DNA of 64,000 nt from Octopus sinensis (GCF_006345805.1 NC_042997.1:73160001-73224000), one strand, 5' to 3'; shown: positions 26,340-40,136, numbered from the stretch's first letter. Numbers and translations are program-made. The notes: generated by a model not told the origin, from the sequence alone.

Positions 26340-26712
26340 TTTGTAAAATATAATGTGTCTTGAATAGCATAATAATGGACTATAATAACTGTTATAATAA
26401 TTTAATACTCCATAGTCTGATATAAGATTTCGGAATACAAAAATTCCTTCTTCAGATATCCCCAGAAATTGATCGAGTCACTGCTATAATCGGTTTTCCA
26501 ACGGGGTTTTTTTCTAGAAGCGTCTCTGCAGTGGTCTCACGAAGCTCCTTCCGGAATTCCTCGTGACAAGTGCGTGAGGGCAGCCATGTCTCAAAGCTCG
26601 TGTGTTCTGGTACATCTGTAGCGCTGCTTCTAAGTTATGCATTATATGTGCAGTTTCCTTCTTCTTTTTTTTTTTAATAATACATTAAAAAAAATAATAC
26701 ATGAGCATGTTA
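26340..26712 (-). mobile_element. Solo PLE 3' end (pLTR) with HHR remnant; inverted homologue of 31447-31800
   Basis: Shares gaggaattccggaaggagcttcgtgagaccactgcagaga and CTGAAGA-a-ggaat..attcc-GAAA (26414-26460). The 3' strand of stem I is deleted. Confidence 0.85.
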
Positions 26713-26759
26713 TCAAAAATGAATATACACGCATCCAGATGCAAGGATGTGTGTAGAAG

Positions 26760-27030
26760 CATATACTGTTGTGTCTGGCGGGAATTATTGTCTTTTAGTA
26801 CCTTATAATTTAACACACTCACCGGTAAAATTTCCACTTATTTCCTTCTTTATTTTTCTAAAATTTTCGTTGCGTTTTGGAACGTCTTCAATAGTTATTA
26901 CTATTGAAAAGGTAACAAGAAGCAACGAAAATTTTGAGAAATAAAGTAGGAAATAAGTGGAAATTTTACCGGTGAGTGTTAAATTATAAAGCACTAAAAG
27001 AGAACGACTCTCCCCAGACACAGCTGTATA
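26760..27030. repeat. ~270-bp palindrome with a UUGAARA HHR-like motif in each arm
   Basis: Arms of ~130 bp around ttcaatagttattactattgaa. cta-TTGAAAA-ggt..gcaac-GAAA-atttt at 26901-26938. Confidence 0.85.
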
Positions 27031-27121
27031 TTATATAATATATATATATATATATATTATATATAATATATATAATATATATATATATATATATAGATAT
27101 ATATATATATATATATATATG

Positions 27122-27156
<35 letters not shown>

Positions 27157-27220
27157 TATATATATATATATATACATATAATTTTTTTATAATTATGAGT
27201 ATAATTATATGTTTCTTTAT

Positions 27221-27350
27221 TACCAACAAGGGGCTAAACATAGAGGGGACAAACAAGGACAGACAAACGAATTAAGTCGAAGTCATCGACCCCAGTGCGT
27301 AACTGGTACTTAATTTATCGACCCCGAAAGGATGAAAGGCAAAGTTGACA
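27221..27350 (-). mobile_element. SINE family B fragment
   Basis: Minus strand ctttgcctttcatcctttcggggtcgataaattaagtaccag resembles the conserved central motif of Meta/Sauria-type SINEs. Second copy at 41101-41225. Confidence 0.75.
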
Positions 27351-27753
27351 TGCATGCATGTATGCATGTATAACATAACAGATAAAACCGATTATCACCA
27401 TTTCATTTCTGGAAGTCATTTCCATCTTAATTTGCTGTGAACCCCTCTAACCTCACGTTTTCTGCTTTTCTGCTCCCCGACTCTTTTATCACCAAGGGTT
27501 GATTTGCTAGTCAGGAACAAACATCATTCAAAGTGTCAATAACAATATTAATTTCATAGTTTCACCATCTCAATTACATCCACCCACATCTCTCACGCAT
27601 ATATGGCGCTTTTTGTTTTTTCTTTTTTTACTTAAAACAGTTTTCACTTGCATTTCTATTTGTAGTCGTTGCTGCATACATTTTCTTCACGAAGACGTCA
27701 ACTTCAGCCCCTCTCACCATATCTCACATTCACATACATTATCTCCTCTCCTC

Positions 27754-27855
<102 letters not shown>

Positions 27856-28370
27856 CCCTTCTCTCTGTTTTTCTCTCTGTCATACTGTCTTCTAATTCTT
27901 TCATTTATGAGCTACATTAAATGCGCATTGTAACTCTTATTAAATTAATTGAAGTTGCTTGCCTTACTACAACAGATATACCAATACTCACTTTGCAGTT
28001 AAGTTATGATGTAACAGGGGACCATGAGAGTTTTTCCCCAGTCATAATCCCATATGAAAGCAAAATGGAGAAAGTTCACATCTACAAGACTGAAAATATA
28101 ACAGTTTAACATTTGGGCAGAGAGAATCTGGCTTGCAAATGAAAGTCTTCGTTAGGTAGGTGCGACGGGGTTTGATCTCAGACACCGGCTCTCATTTTCT
28201 GAAAGAGAGACAGAGCTGTTAATGCAATGGCAGAAGCATCTGGGAAGAATTCCAATTCTGGTCAAGAAGGAATGAAAGGGGATTTCTGGAGGAATAATTT
28301 ACCCTGGTCTTAACCGGAGTCTCTGAGTCAAATAGTTATAATACTCAACGTACCTTGGCTCTGATTCACG

Positions 28371-28470
28371 NNNNNNNNNNNNNNNNNNNNNNNNNNNNNN
28401 NNNNNNNNNNNNNNNNNNNNNNNNNNNNNNNNNNNNNNNNNNNNNNNNNNNNNNNNNNNNNNNNNNNNNN
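28371..28470. other. Assembly gap (100 N)
   Basis: Run of n. Confidence 1.
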
Positions 28471-28860
28471 TATGGCATTGTAAGCTACACCAATGCTAGA
28501 ACGGGACGACACTGCATAGTGCCAAAGATCCCAGCAATGCCAACACGCTTCAGGACCAAATTCTGCAGCAGCCTGGGTTTCAGGGGCCCACAGCTTTTTA
28601 ATATTCTCCCAAAGAGTCTGAGGAACTTGCACAAAGTAGATGTAGCAGTTTTTAAATCAAAGCTGGACATCTTCCTGTCGAGAGTCCCAGATGAACCTAC
28701 CTCACGGCAAGAGGTGCAAATGAGAGTAGCTATGTCAAACTCCATTCTTCACCAAGTGCCACATATTAGAGGAGGTTCTTCGTAATAACAGTGTAGCACA
28801 AAGCGACGTTGCATCAGCATGGCCGCAGCTCTAAGCTGAAACAAGCAAAAAAAAAAAATA
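28471..28860 (+). mobile_element. CR1/L2-group LINE 3' end
   Basis: SLGFRGPQLFNILPKSLRNL...FKSKLDIFLSRVPDEP, then 3' UTR and A-rich tail. Confidence 0.85.
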
Positions 28861-29024
28861 TATATATATATATATGTATATGTATATATATATGTATATG
28901 TATGTATATGTATATATATATGTATATGTATATGTATATATATATGTATATGTATATGTATATATATATGTATATGTATATATGTATATGTATATGTATA
29001 TATATAAATGTATATATATATATA

Positions 29025-29290
29025 TGTTTAGGATGTGGTAACCGTTATATTGGACAAATAGGAATTTCACTCCGTCGAAGAAACACCATTCACAAAGAGC
29101 AAATCCGCCACCCACACAGACAGTCAAAGGTTAGTGAACACATAGAAAGGTGTGCCGGGAATCTTAATCCTAATTTCCAAATCTTCCCCTTCTATCAATG
29201 TTGATAGAACACCACAATGCAACAAAGGTTGAATTAAGAGGTATTTTTCATCAATAAATATCTCCCCCAACTAAATATGAACACGCAACT
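29025..29290 (+). mobile_element. PLE GIY-YIG endonuclease fragment
   Basis: [28 protein letters not shown]...VSEHIERC...FQIFPFYQC; similar to the 7000-7200 region. Confidence 0.85.
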
Positions 29291-29733
29291 TAATACAGAA
29301 CACCACTAACCCTTCAATTAAAACCACTAACCCCTATACACTCCCTACACCATTCACATTACAATTCTATATCTAAATCAAGAACTACTTACCTCCCTTA
29401 CAAACAATCTTTTCTCTCAGGAACTATTAGACCTGGCACCGTTTATTAGCCGGCGTTTATTCAAAGCAATGAATAGCTTTCACGAAACCATGGTATTTCT
29501 TGTTTTCTCACCTTTTAATCATCTCATAATAATGACTTTTATTACTACCTCAGTCCATTTAATTGTATATATCTGTTGTTACCTTTCATAAAAAGCCTTT
29601 TTCTTTTTTTATTTACAATGTGCATTTTCGTTGATTTTTCTTATTTTCCCCTTGTAAGGGGAAAATAAAAGTCATTATATCTATATACATATATGTATAT
29701 ATATATACATATATTTATATATATATTTATATA

Positions 29734-29784
<51 letters not shown>

Positions 29785-29799
29785 TCAACATAAAACATT

Positions 29800-31800
29800 G
29801 ACAAAACTAAAAAAAATACAAAATACTTAGCTACTTATCATCAGACGAATGGAAAGAAATTTGCGTGATTTCTTGTGAAATTTATGATAGACTGGTATTA
29901 GAATATTTAAGCAATGATAGACTATATTCTGAAGTGACAGATACAAACGCTATCAGGATTGAGGACCGAATGAACAACGCATAGAATGATATTTGTAGAC
30001 GGAGACAACTATATAGCAAATACAAGAACAACTTCATCACAACGAACAGTAGATTATCCAGATTCTATCACCTCATTAAAACACACAAGGATAGCAATGT
30101 GATCCAGTTTAGACTCATCGTCTCCAGCGTGGAACGACCTCTATATAGAATATTCTGGCTCCTTTCCCACATCCTGAAACCCATACTCTCCAACTTTCAT
30201 GGACGCATCAAGAACCCCGACGAAGCTATGACCAAAAAACTGTGCCAACTGCCCCCAGACCAACTCAGACAACACAGATCTGCCTTTAGTCTTTACGTTG
30301 TCTCAATGTACATAACGGCGGCAGCACACTCGGCGTCATCTCCTGCTTCGGACTCGCCGCAGCTGATATACATCAGCTATTTTCCATCATCCTGGACAAC
30401 TACTTCTCTTTCCATAATCACACATAAAAACAGACAACAGGTCTCCCCATGTGATCTAGTCTCTCGGGCTTACGATCCATCACTGATATAAACCATCTGG
30501 AACGTCGAGTACACAACATCTACCTCTCATGTGCCTTCTTCGCCAAGTACGTAGATGACATCCTCATACTCACATCGTCCCATGAAAAGGCAGACCGAAT
30601 ATTCACGATGTTGAGCAACATGGACATGAACATACGGTTCACTATAGAACAACACTGGATCCCTATCGCTACTCGACTTCCAACTGAAAATAACGGAAGG
30701 AGAGATCCACATCGAGTTGTACAGGAATTCAGCCAGTAGAGATATGTTTGTTCTCTACAATTCAGCCCTTCAGTTAGGTGCCAAAATAGGATACGCCAGA
30801 AATGAACTTACACACATCCAGAGCAAGTACAAAAGGACAGAGGACAAGGTGATTCCCACCACACGCTTCCTAGAGGTAGTGAAAACCAACGGGTACCCTA
30901 TATCCATTGTAAATCGGTTTAGGTACCGAAGACGACAAACACGCCGATCACGCAGAAAACCCGGCAACACATGCTTCCTTAAAATACCCCATCCGAAGAG
31001 CCATAAGAAGAGTAGAATTAGACGTACAACTCCGGCCCCTGTCTAAGAAAACACCTAACAAAGAAACGAGCAAGGGACAGCAATCAATGCAGACTAGCTT
31101 ACAGCTCCATCCGTGACACAGATTAATGCCAACGAGTAAATGTTGTATACAGAATACAATGTAATAAATACAAGTTATAGTGGGTAGCACAACAAGACCG
31201 TTATACATTCGCATCAAAGAACATCTAAACACGAGAGCCTCCTCCTTCAGAAAACATCTAGACAGATGACAGAACACCGATAAAAGCATAACAATCACAA
31301 TTAAGGCTAATGACCGAAATTTGAGAAATCTAAGAATAAAGAAAGCTATCCTCATAAACAGACTAGGGCCTCAAATTAACAATAGGCAGGAAATTAACAA
31401 ACAATATATTATTTAGTTACAACTGGATTCATGTAAGTTCATTTCTGGTAACATGCTCATGTATTATAAAAAAAACTGCACTATAATACATATCTTAGAA
31501 GCAGGTCTGCAGATATGCCATCATACACAAGCTTGAGTCATAGCCGCTCTCACGCACTTCTCATGAGGAATTCCGGAAGGAGCTTCGTGAGACCACTGCA
31601 GAGAATCTTCCGGAAAAGAAAAAAAATCAGTAACTGTTGGAAAATCGATTATAGAGGTGACTCAATCAATTCCTAGCGACATCTGAAGAAGGAATTTTCA
31701 TATTCCGAGATATTATATCATGTCAGACTATGAATAATCAAATTATAACAGTTATTATTGTCCACTCTGCATTGTTGTACCATTCAAGACACGTTATATG
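29800..31800 (+). mobile_element. Penelope-like element (RT + GIY-YIG + 3' pLTR), degraded
   Basis: FYHLIKTHK..FRLIVSS, AFSLYVVSMY, FAKYVDDIL, IRFTIE, GYP, GSTTRPLYIRIKEH, LRIKKAILI. Confidence 0.88.
31678..31724 (+). ncRNA. Hammerhead ribozyme in PLE 3' pLTR (one core substitution)
   Basis: gacat-CTGAAGA-a-ggaat tttcat attcc-GAGA-tattata-TC-atgtc. The homologue at 26414-26460 has GAAA. Confidence 0.7.
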
Positions 31801-31858
31801 TCACACACACACACATATACACACGCACACATACACACACGTACACACACGTATATAT

Positions 31859-31899
<41 letters not shown>

Positions 31900-31901
<2 letters not shown>

Positions 31902-32428
31902 TAAAGTATGATTATAAAAATATAATTATAATTAAGGTCGTTGGAGGGACAACACCTGTTCTCTAGGGATGACGTCAAACTAGTACAAACCACGTAAGTT
32001 AGCACTCCGTTTAACACAAGGCTGTATGCGATGGAAATGGACAGAAAGGATTTATAAAAATATTGTTGATAAACGAGTGTATCATCATGAGTATATATAT
32101 GTATTTCTCATTTATTTATAGTCAGTGCATCCTACTGATAGTTGTAAAGCAATTTTAATATTGCAGAATACGAAATCTTAAGATATAGGATTTTTATAAA
32201 TCTTTTTCTCTCCATTTCCCTCGCATACAGCCTTGTGTTAAAAGGAATACTAACTTAAGTGGTCTGCAGTCGTTTAACGTCTATTTCTAGCGTACAGGCA
32301 CTGTCACCTCCCTAGCGCCCTTAATTATAATTATATTTTTATTATTATTCTTTAAATATTAATTTAACCCATATGGTTTTTTTGTACACTGGCCACTGAT
32401 AAATCATTAATTAATGACTTTATTGTAA
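31900..32428 (+). mobile_element. HHR-bearing non-coding element with 5' inverted duplication
   Basis: 31900-32062 is the reverse complement of 32190-32355. HHR atccta-CTGATAG...GAAA-tcttaaga-TA-taggat at 32129-32191. Homologue at 36300-36630. Confidence 0.75.
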
Positions 32429-32860
32429 TCTATATATATAAAACTTAGAATGTGTGTCTGTCTATGTGAACCCCTAAAGCTTAAGAACTACACAACCTAT
32501 TTCATTCAAATTTTACACATGCCTTACTTAGGGTCTAGGGAGTGTCATGGGCAAAAACATTTTAAACTTTTTGACAAGGGCGAGCCCACAGCAATATCAT
32601 ATCATCTCCACTATTTCAGTATTACGTGTTCAAAGTGAAACAAAAACATCTCTCTATTGTAATGTCAGATACTTTCACTTTAATACTGAAACTATTAAAG
32701 TCAAACTATTATATAAGAGGGATGAACCATTAACAGTGGGCATCCATTTTGCTAGAATGAGATCCGCTATGGTCTTATATGCTACACCACTGCTTTTCAA
32801 TTCATATTAATCAAATTCATATTCAATTTCTCACCCTTATTATTTTAAATTTAAATTTAA
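32429..32860 (+). mobile_element. Helitron 5' fragment
   Basis: Begins a|TCTATATATATAAAA followed by gtgtgtctgtct and atttcattcaaattttacac, typical of non-autonomous Helitron 5' ends. Confidence 0.6.
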
Positions 32861-32862
32861 AC

Positions 32863-33512
32863 CGAGGACCATGTGTTTTGGAACGAAGTTTGTTACCACA
32901 CAGCCACACCTGCACCTATGTATGTGTGTTTGTGTGTGTATGTGAGTATAGCTGTATATGTATACATTTATTTCTATACATGTAGATGTGTATGTGTATA
33001 TGTGTAGATGTATATATATATATATATATATAGATATACATATATGTACACATATATATTGACATACATACATGCATACATATATACACCCATACACACA
33101 TACACACATACACACACACACATAGATAGGTGCAGGTGTGGTAACAAACTTCGTTCCAAAACACATGGTTCTGGGTTCAGTTCCACTGTGTGGGGTCTTG
33201 GCATGTGTCTTCTGCTATAGCCTCAGACCAACCAAAGTCATGTCACTGGATTTTGTAGACAGAAACTGAAAGAAATCAATCGTATATATATGTATGTATA
33301 TATGTAAGTATGTGTGTGTTTCTCCCTCATCACCGCTTCACAACTGGTGTTCGTTTATTTATATCCCCATAACTTATTGGTTTCACAAGAAAAAACTGAT
33401 AAAATAAGTACCAGGCTTATCAAAATAAAAAAACCCACTAGGCAGTATCTCCTATTTTTGTTTGCCCACACAATTTACATTTGTGTGTGTGTGTGTGTGT
33501 GTGTGTGTTTGT

Positions 33513-33550
<38 letters not shown>

Positions 33551-33835
33551 GGATTTCGTAGATAAAAACTGAAAGAAATCAATCGTATATATATATATGT
33601 ATATATTCAAGTGTGTGTGTGTGACTTAGTTTCTGTATCACTGCTTCACAACTGGTGTTCGTTTATTTATATCCCCATAACTTATTGGTTTCACAAGAAA
33701 AAACTGATAGAATAAGTACCAGGCTTATCAAAATAAAAAAACCCCACTAGGCAGTATCTCCTATTTTTGTTTGCCCACACAATTTACATTTGTGTGTGTG
33801 TGTGTGTGTGTGTTTGTATAATACATACATACATA

Positions 33836-33884
<49 letters not shown>

Positions 33885-34150
33885 ATATATGGATTTCGTA
33901 GATAAAAACTGAAAGAAATCATTTGTTATATATATATATGTATATATTCAAGTGCATGTGTGTGACTTAGTTTCTGTATCACTGCTTCGCAACTGATGTT
34001 CGTTTATTTACATCCCCAAAACTTACTGGTTTCACAAGAAGAAACTTATAGAATAAGTCCCAGGCTTATCAACATAAAAAAGCACTACGCTGTGTCTCAT
34101 ATTTTTGTTTGCCCACTCAGTTGTATCTATCAATTTATCTTTGTATGTGT
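32863..34150 (+). mobile_element. SINE family A with short upstream inverted head and two tandem partial duplications
   Basis: Head at 33128-33240, inverted head at 32863-32918. The unit aaactgaaagaaatc...ataagtaccaggcttatc recurs near 33260, 33565 and 33905. Confidence 0.8.
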
Positions 34151-34174
34151 ATATATATATATATACGTATATAT

Positions 34175-34345
34175 ATGTCGTGGAAAATAGCGATTTTGAC
34201 GTCTATATCTAGCATGTTGACCGTCCACTATTAGTGGTCAGTCCATTAAATTTTGTATGTAAAAATATTTTAATCTTCGGATTTTTTTAATATGCTAGGC
34301 CACTGGTTTTAATTGATTAAAATCAATGTCTACCCTTATCAAATT
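34175..34345 (+). mobile_element. Diverged partial copy of the 56433-57265 element (no HHR)
   Basis: gtgga...gacgtctatatctagcatgttgac...cttcggatt...cactggttttaattga...ctaccctta matches 56677-56836. Confidence 0.85.
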
Positions 34346-34415
34346 ATATATATATATATATATATACACGCGCACACACGCACACACACACACACACATA
34401 CACACACACACACAT

Positions 34416-34449
<34 letters not shown>

Positions 34450-34504
34450 CTATATATATATATATATATAATATATATATATATACATGAATGTATATGT
34501 GTAC

Positions 34505-36163
34505 ATTCATATTTATTATACCAAAGACAATATCTTTATGTGTTCGTGTATTACTTATACATTTGAAAACTGCTGCACCGATCATAATGAAATTTGGAAC
34601 AAAAAATCGAAGGGAGAAGGATAATGCTGTGTGTTTCATACAATTTCATGGACCAAAATTGCTGAATGGATCCTTATGATATTTGAAACTTAGATTCAAT
34701 GCATAAGGGCGGGTATAATGCAATATGTTTGGTTTGAATTTCAGATGGCTTAAAGGGGGCAGAACCCCCATCGAAAATTTATAAATATTCGATGTTGATA
34801 AAATTTCAACCATGGGTAATTAACACACATCAAGAAGTATTCTCAAAGTTTCCACTTCACATGAATATTCTAAGACACCCTAATGGGGGCCTTAACTACC
34901 AAATTTTAGTAATTTCTTTTATGATCCAAAACTAAGTCAAAAGTACCGAATAGATCTTTACGAAATTTGGAAATTATATTCTATGCATAAGGGCCACAAC
35001 CCCTATGACAATTCATATATTGTTGCTGTTGAAATTTTTACCATAGATATTAGACCCAAATGAAGTAATATTTATAAAATTTCATCTTCTTACAAGTTAG
35101 AAAGACCCCTTCATGGGGACTTAACACCCACAATTTTGTCATTTTATCTAAGCAAAGACGAATAGTTATACTCTTGGAAGCTATGGGGTCATCCGAGCAT
35201 AGAACATGAGCATTATTTGTAATTCAGTGGTACAACAGTGTAAGAGCTTGCTTTGACATACACTTAGATTGTGATTTCTGCAATGTGCTGCATAAATTGT
35301 CAAGTAAATGAGAGGCATTTTTGCTTTCACTGATTCAGTTGCAAAGTGTTGAGTAAAGTTATTTGATTGCAGATCTCCTTTCAGTCTTTTTATTATTACT
35401 GGGTCACATAGTCCTCACATGGTAACATTGATTTCAAGGCCTTCCCAGATGAATGACTTGTTATTCAAAGACAGTTATAGATTGTATATTTATTCTGTCC
35501 AATTACGTATCAGTATAAGGATCATTTGCTAACTCCAACTTTCATTTCTCCTTAGCCCTCGCGTCACACAGTTATTAATGTTTATTTCAGTTGGGTCACG
35601 CCCTTCAATTGCTATAGATTCGTAATGCATCTTACGGCTGTGCCTGTCACATACATGGTGAGGAATACTACATTGGGAGTGGTAACGACTAGGGTACTGT
35701 AGCTGACTGCTTATTGTGATCACTCGTCCTTTGGTTTCCTGTAGCTTTGTTCTCTTTTACAAACCCAGTGAACATATATTTCCTATTTCAAAGACATTCA
35801 AACAATAGATCCAAGTTAAAAATATTCTCAACAATTCAACTTCTCTGGTTGACATTAAGATGCCCACCCTCAATACATTTTAGAGCTCCATGACCTCCAT
35901 TTTTCAGGAGCAAAATACTTTTAACAGTTTGTATAAGACTGGAATTTTGGAATATGCGCATAAAAATCAACAGTAAGTGATACATGTGGCACGATTACAA
36001 TTTTGTTTGGGTGTGTAAAGAGGGAAATAACCCTCATCTGCAATTTTGATGAAATTCGAAACATAGGTATTCCAGTTCCTTACACGAAATGTAACAGAAA
36101 AGTCTAATTCTTCAATTGTATGTAACTCGGGCAACGCCGGGCAACGCCGGGCAACACTGCTAG
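34505..36163 (+). mobile_element. Non-autonomous Helitron-like element
   Basis: 5' aaaactgctgcaccgatcataatgaaatttgg motif, internal diverged tandem unit (34660-34930 vs 34945-35150), 3' ccgggcaacgccggg hairpin + CTAG-t. Confidence 0.65.
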
Positions 36164-36299
36164 TTAAGTATAAATACATATTTATTCACTCCACAAACAA
36201 ATTTACTGCGGAATTATTCTGAATAAATAGGTACATGGCTGAAATGGACGAGGAATTTTTAACTAATATGTATGAAATACATGTATATATTCGTATTTG

Positions 36300-36630
36300 T
36301 ACGAGTGTATCCCTATGGGTCTCTCATTTATTTACAGTCGGTGTACCCTACGGATGATTGTTAAGCAATTTTAATTTTGCAAAACATGAAATCTTAAGAT
36401 ATAGAGTTGTCCACAATATTTTCATGAATCCTTTCTGTCCATTTCCCCCGCTACCTTAACTGCTTTGTAGTTGTTTGACGTCTATTTCTAGCGTGTAGGT
36501 GCTGTCCCACCAACACCCTTAATTATAATTGTATTTTTACAATTATACTTCAAATATTAATTTAACCCATACGGTTTTTTGTACGCTGGCCACTGATAAA
36601 TCATTGATTAATGATTTTATCCTAATTATA
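36300..36630 (+). mobile_element. Second copy of the 32070-32428 HHR element
   Basis: acccta-CGGATGA-ttgtt..aacat-GAAA-tcttaaga-TA-tagagt at 36345-36407. Shared 3' tail ctggccactgataaatcatt. Confidence 0.8.
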
Positions 36631-36650
36631 TATGTATGCATATTATATAT

Positions 36651-36690
<40 letters not shown>

Positions 36691-36695
<5 letters not shown>

Positions 36696-36834
36696 AAAAA
36701 GGTCGCCATAATTTTGGAAAAGAATCTCTTTATTTATTCATTATTATTAACGCCTTCGTTCGTTTCGCGAAAGCGCTAATAATAATGAATGAATAAAAAT
36801 ACTTTTTCCAAAATTCTGGCGACCTTTTTTCTCA
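36691..36834. repeat. ~144-bp palindrome
   Basis: tgagaaaaaaggtcgcca...ttcg pairs with cgaaagcgcta...tggcgaccttttttctca. Confidence 0.9.
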
Positions 36835-36875
36835 GTATTCAATATCTGCACACCAAACCTAACACTCAATACATA

Positions 36876-38165
36876 CGAGGGGCGTTCAATAAGTAATGCC
36901 CCTGACCCACTTCCCATATCAGTAGAGCAACGAAACTTGGCACAGTTATTAGTCTTTTTCTACATAGGAACCACCCAGAGTTACACATTTCTCCCATCAT
37001 TTGATGCAGCTCTGGAGACCGTTTTTGTAGAAGACCCCAGCTTGGTCCTCCAACCTGAACGTGATTTCAGATATCAAGGCTGCATCATCTGGGAAACGCT
37101 TTCCTTTCAAAAACAACTTCATGACTGGGAAGAGAGGAAAATCAGAGGGTGCAAGGTCAGGAAAGTAGGGGGATGGGGGAGGAGTTCATAGCCATACACC
37201 TGTGCTTCTGATCTGGCGACAAGCGAGTTGTGGACCGGAGCGTTGTCCTGCAGGAGGAGGATGTCTTTGCTGATCTTGCCCCGCCTCTTGATTTTGATAA
37301 CTTCTCTTAATTTCCTCAAAAGTGAAGCATAATAGGCTCCTGCAATTGTAGTACCCTTTGCCAGGAAATCTGTCATCACTACTCCGTCCTGGTCCCAGAA
37401 GACTGTGAGCATGACCTTGCCAGCGGAGGGCTGCACCCTTACCTTCTTTGGAGGGGGTGAGTCACGGTGCTTCCACTGCATTGACTGGGCTTTGGTCTCT
37501 GGATCATCGTGATGGACCCAGGTTTCATCCTGTGTAATCAGTCTTTTGAAAAGTTTTGACTCATCTTCTTGGCACATCTCCAAATTCACCCTCGAGCACT
37601 CGACGCGTTCTTGCTTCTGGAAAGGCGTGAGCAACCTGGGAATCCATCTGGCAGACATCTTTTGCATATGCAAATGGTCATGAATGATAGTTTCCACAGA
37701 CCCGGTACTAATCTTGACCTCATGGGCTATTTGGCGAATAATTATGAGTCGATCTTCCAAAATGGCAGCCTCAACTTGACGGACAGATGCCTCATCAATG
37801 GCAGAAGGGGCGACCAGATCTGGGAGCTGTTTCCACAGAGTTCCGACCATGTTTGAATTCAGGATGCCAGCGTTTTACAAGGTCATATGATGGGGCATCA
37901 TCACCATAAGTTACTTTCATTTCATCAAAAGTCTCCCGTGGTGTGCGTCCTTTCAAATACAAAAACCGGATCACTGCTCGACACTCAACAGTCTCCATTT
38001 CACACTTGACTCGGTTCAAACACCTGTAAATCGGAAACCACAATTAATTCAGAGCTGTAATTTTCCACTTACTCTATAGAGATATAAATGATTGCACATG
38101 CAAAATTGCAGCTAGGTCCAACAACTGCAAGTGGATCAGAGGCATTACTTATTGAACGTCCCTCG
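36876..38165 (-). mobile_element. Full-length mariner transposon (1290 bp), frameshifted transposase
   Basis: TA-flanked TIRs cgaggggcgttcaataagtaatgcc / ggcattacttattgaacgtccctcg. SARWIPRLL, QDETWVHH, SAGKVMLTVFWD, LQDNAPVH. Confidence 0.95.
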
Positions 38166-38233
38166 TACGTACATACATACATACATACATACATACATAG
38201 GTACATACATACATACATACATAATAAATAAAT

Positions 38234-38397
38234 GCGCACTTTTAAAGCCTAGCTAGGCTCATGGGCCCGGTTTCCCGGTTTCAATGGCGTATGTGTTATG
38301 TAGCTGGACGGGACGCCAGTCCATCGCAGCGTTACTCATTTTTGCCAGGTGAGTGAACTGGAGCAACGTGAAATGAAGTGTTTTGCTCAAACACAAT
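38234..38397 (-). mobile_element. SINE family C (V-domain-like motif)
   Basis: Minus strand tgagcaaaacacttcatttcacgttgctccag...gctgcgatggactggcgtcccgtccagc. Confidence 0.65.
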
Positions 38398-38424
38398 ATA
38401 CATATATATATATATATTGCCGTA

Positions 38425-38805
38425 GATGTTTCTATGTGGTAAGAAGCTTGCTTCCCACCACATCGTTCCGGGTTCAGTCCCTATTTGTAGCACCTTGAGC
38501 AAGTGTCTTCCACTATAGCCTCGGGCCAACCCGAGTCTTGTGAATGGAATTCGTAGATTGAAACTGAAAGAAGTCCATCATATCTGTGTATATATATATA
38601 TCAATGTCTTTCTGTCTGTATTCGTCTCCCCGCTAACGCTTGACAACCAGTGTTAGTGTGTTTACGTCCCCATAAATCAGCATTTCAGCAAAAGAGACGG
38701 GTCGAATAAGTACCAGGCTTATAAAATGTAAATACTTGGGTCGATACATTCGACTAAAAATTCTCAAAAGGATGCCCCAGCACGGCCGTAATTAAAAGAT
38801 AAAGA
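38425..38805 (+). mobile_element. SINE family A
   Basis: tgtggtaagaagcttgcttccc...gggttcagtccc...caccttgagcaagtgtctt...gccccagcacggccg. Confidence 0.85.
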
Positions 38806-38954
38806 TATATATAAATATTCCGAAGATGGATTAGCTGGCCGAAGTCACTATCAATGTTCTTGTTTAAGAATTTGTAGTCTACAATAGTATAGAGTAAGCC
38901 TTCAGATTAACGTAACATTGTATCTATTATGACTAAACATAAAAACAAACAATA

Positions 38955-39150
38955 TATTCTTTTACTTGTTTCAGTCATTGAACTGCGGCCATACTGGAGC
39001 ACCGCCTTAATGGCTCAAGTCGAAAAAATTGATCCCAGGACTGTTTAAAGACAGTACTTATTCTATCGTTCTTTTTGCCGAACCACTAAGTAACGGGGAC
39101 GTAAACACACGAACACTGGTTGTCAAACGGTGAGGGGGAACAAACAGACA
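38955..39150 (-). mobile_element. SINE family A 3' half, inverted relative to the 38425 copy
   Basis: cttttacttgtttcagtcattgaactgcggccatactggagcaccgcc...ggggacgtaaacacac. Confidence 0.8.
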
Positions 39151-39151
39151 C

Positions 39152-40136
<985 letters not shown>

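Noticed and set aside
29410-29500. GAAA-ccatgg-TA palindrome downstream of the GIY-YIG fragment
   Set aside because: Probably a pLTR HHR relic, but the core and stem I cannot be reconstructed.
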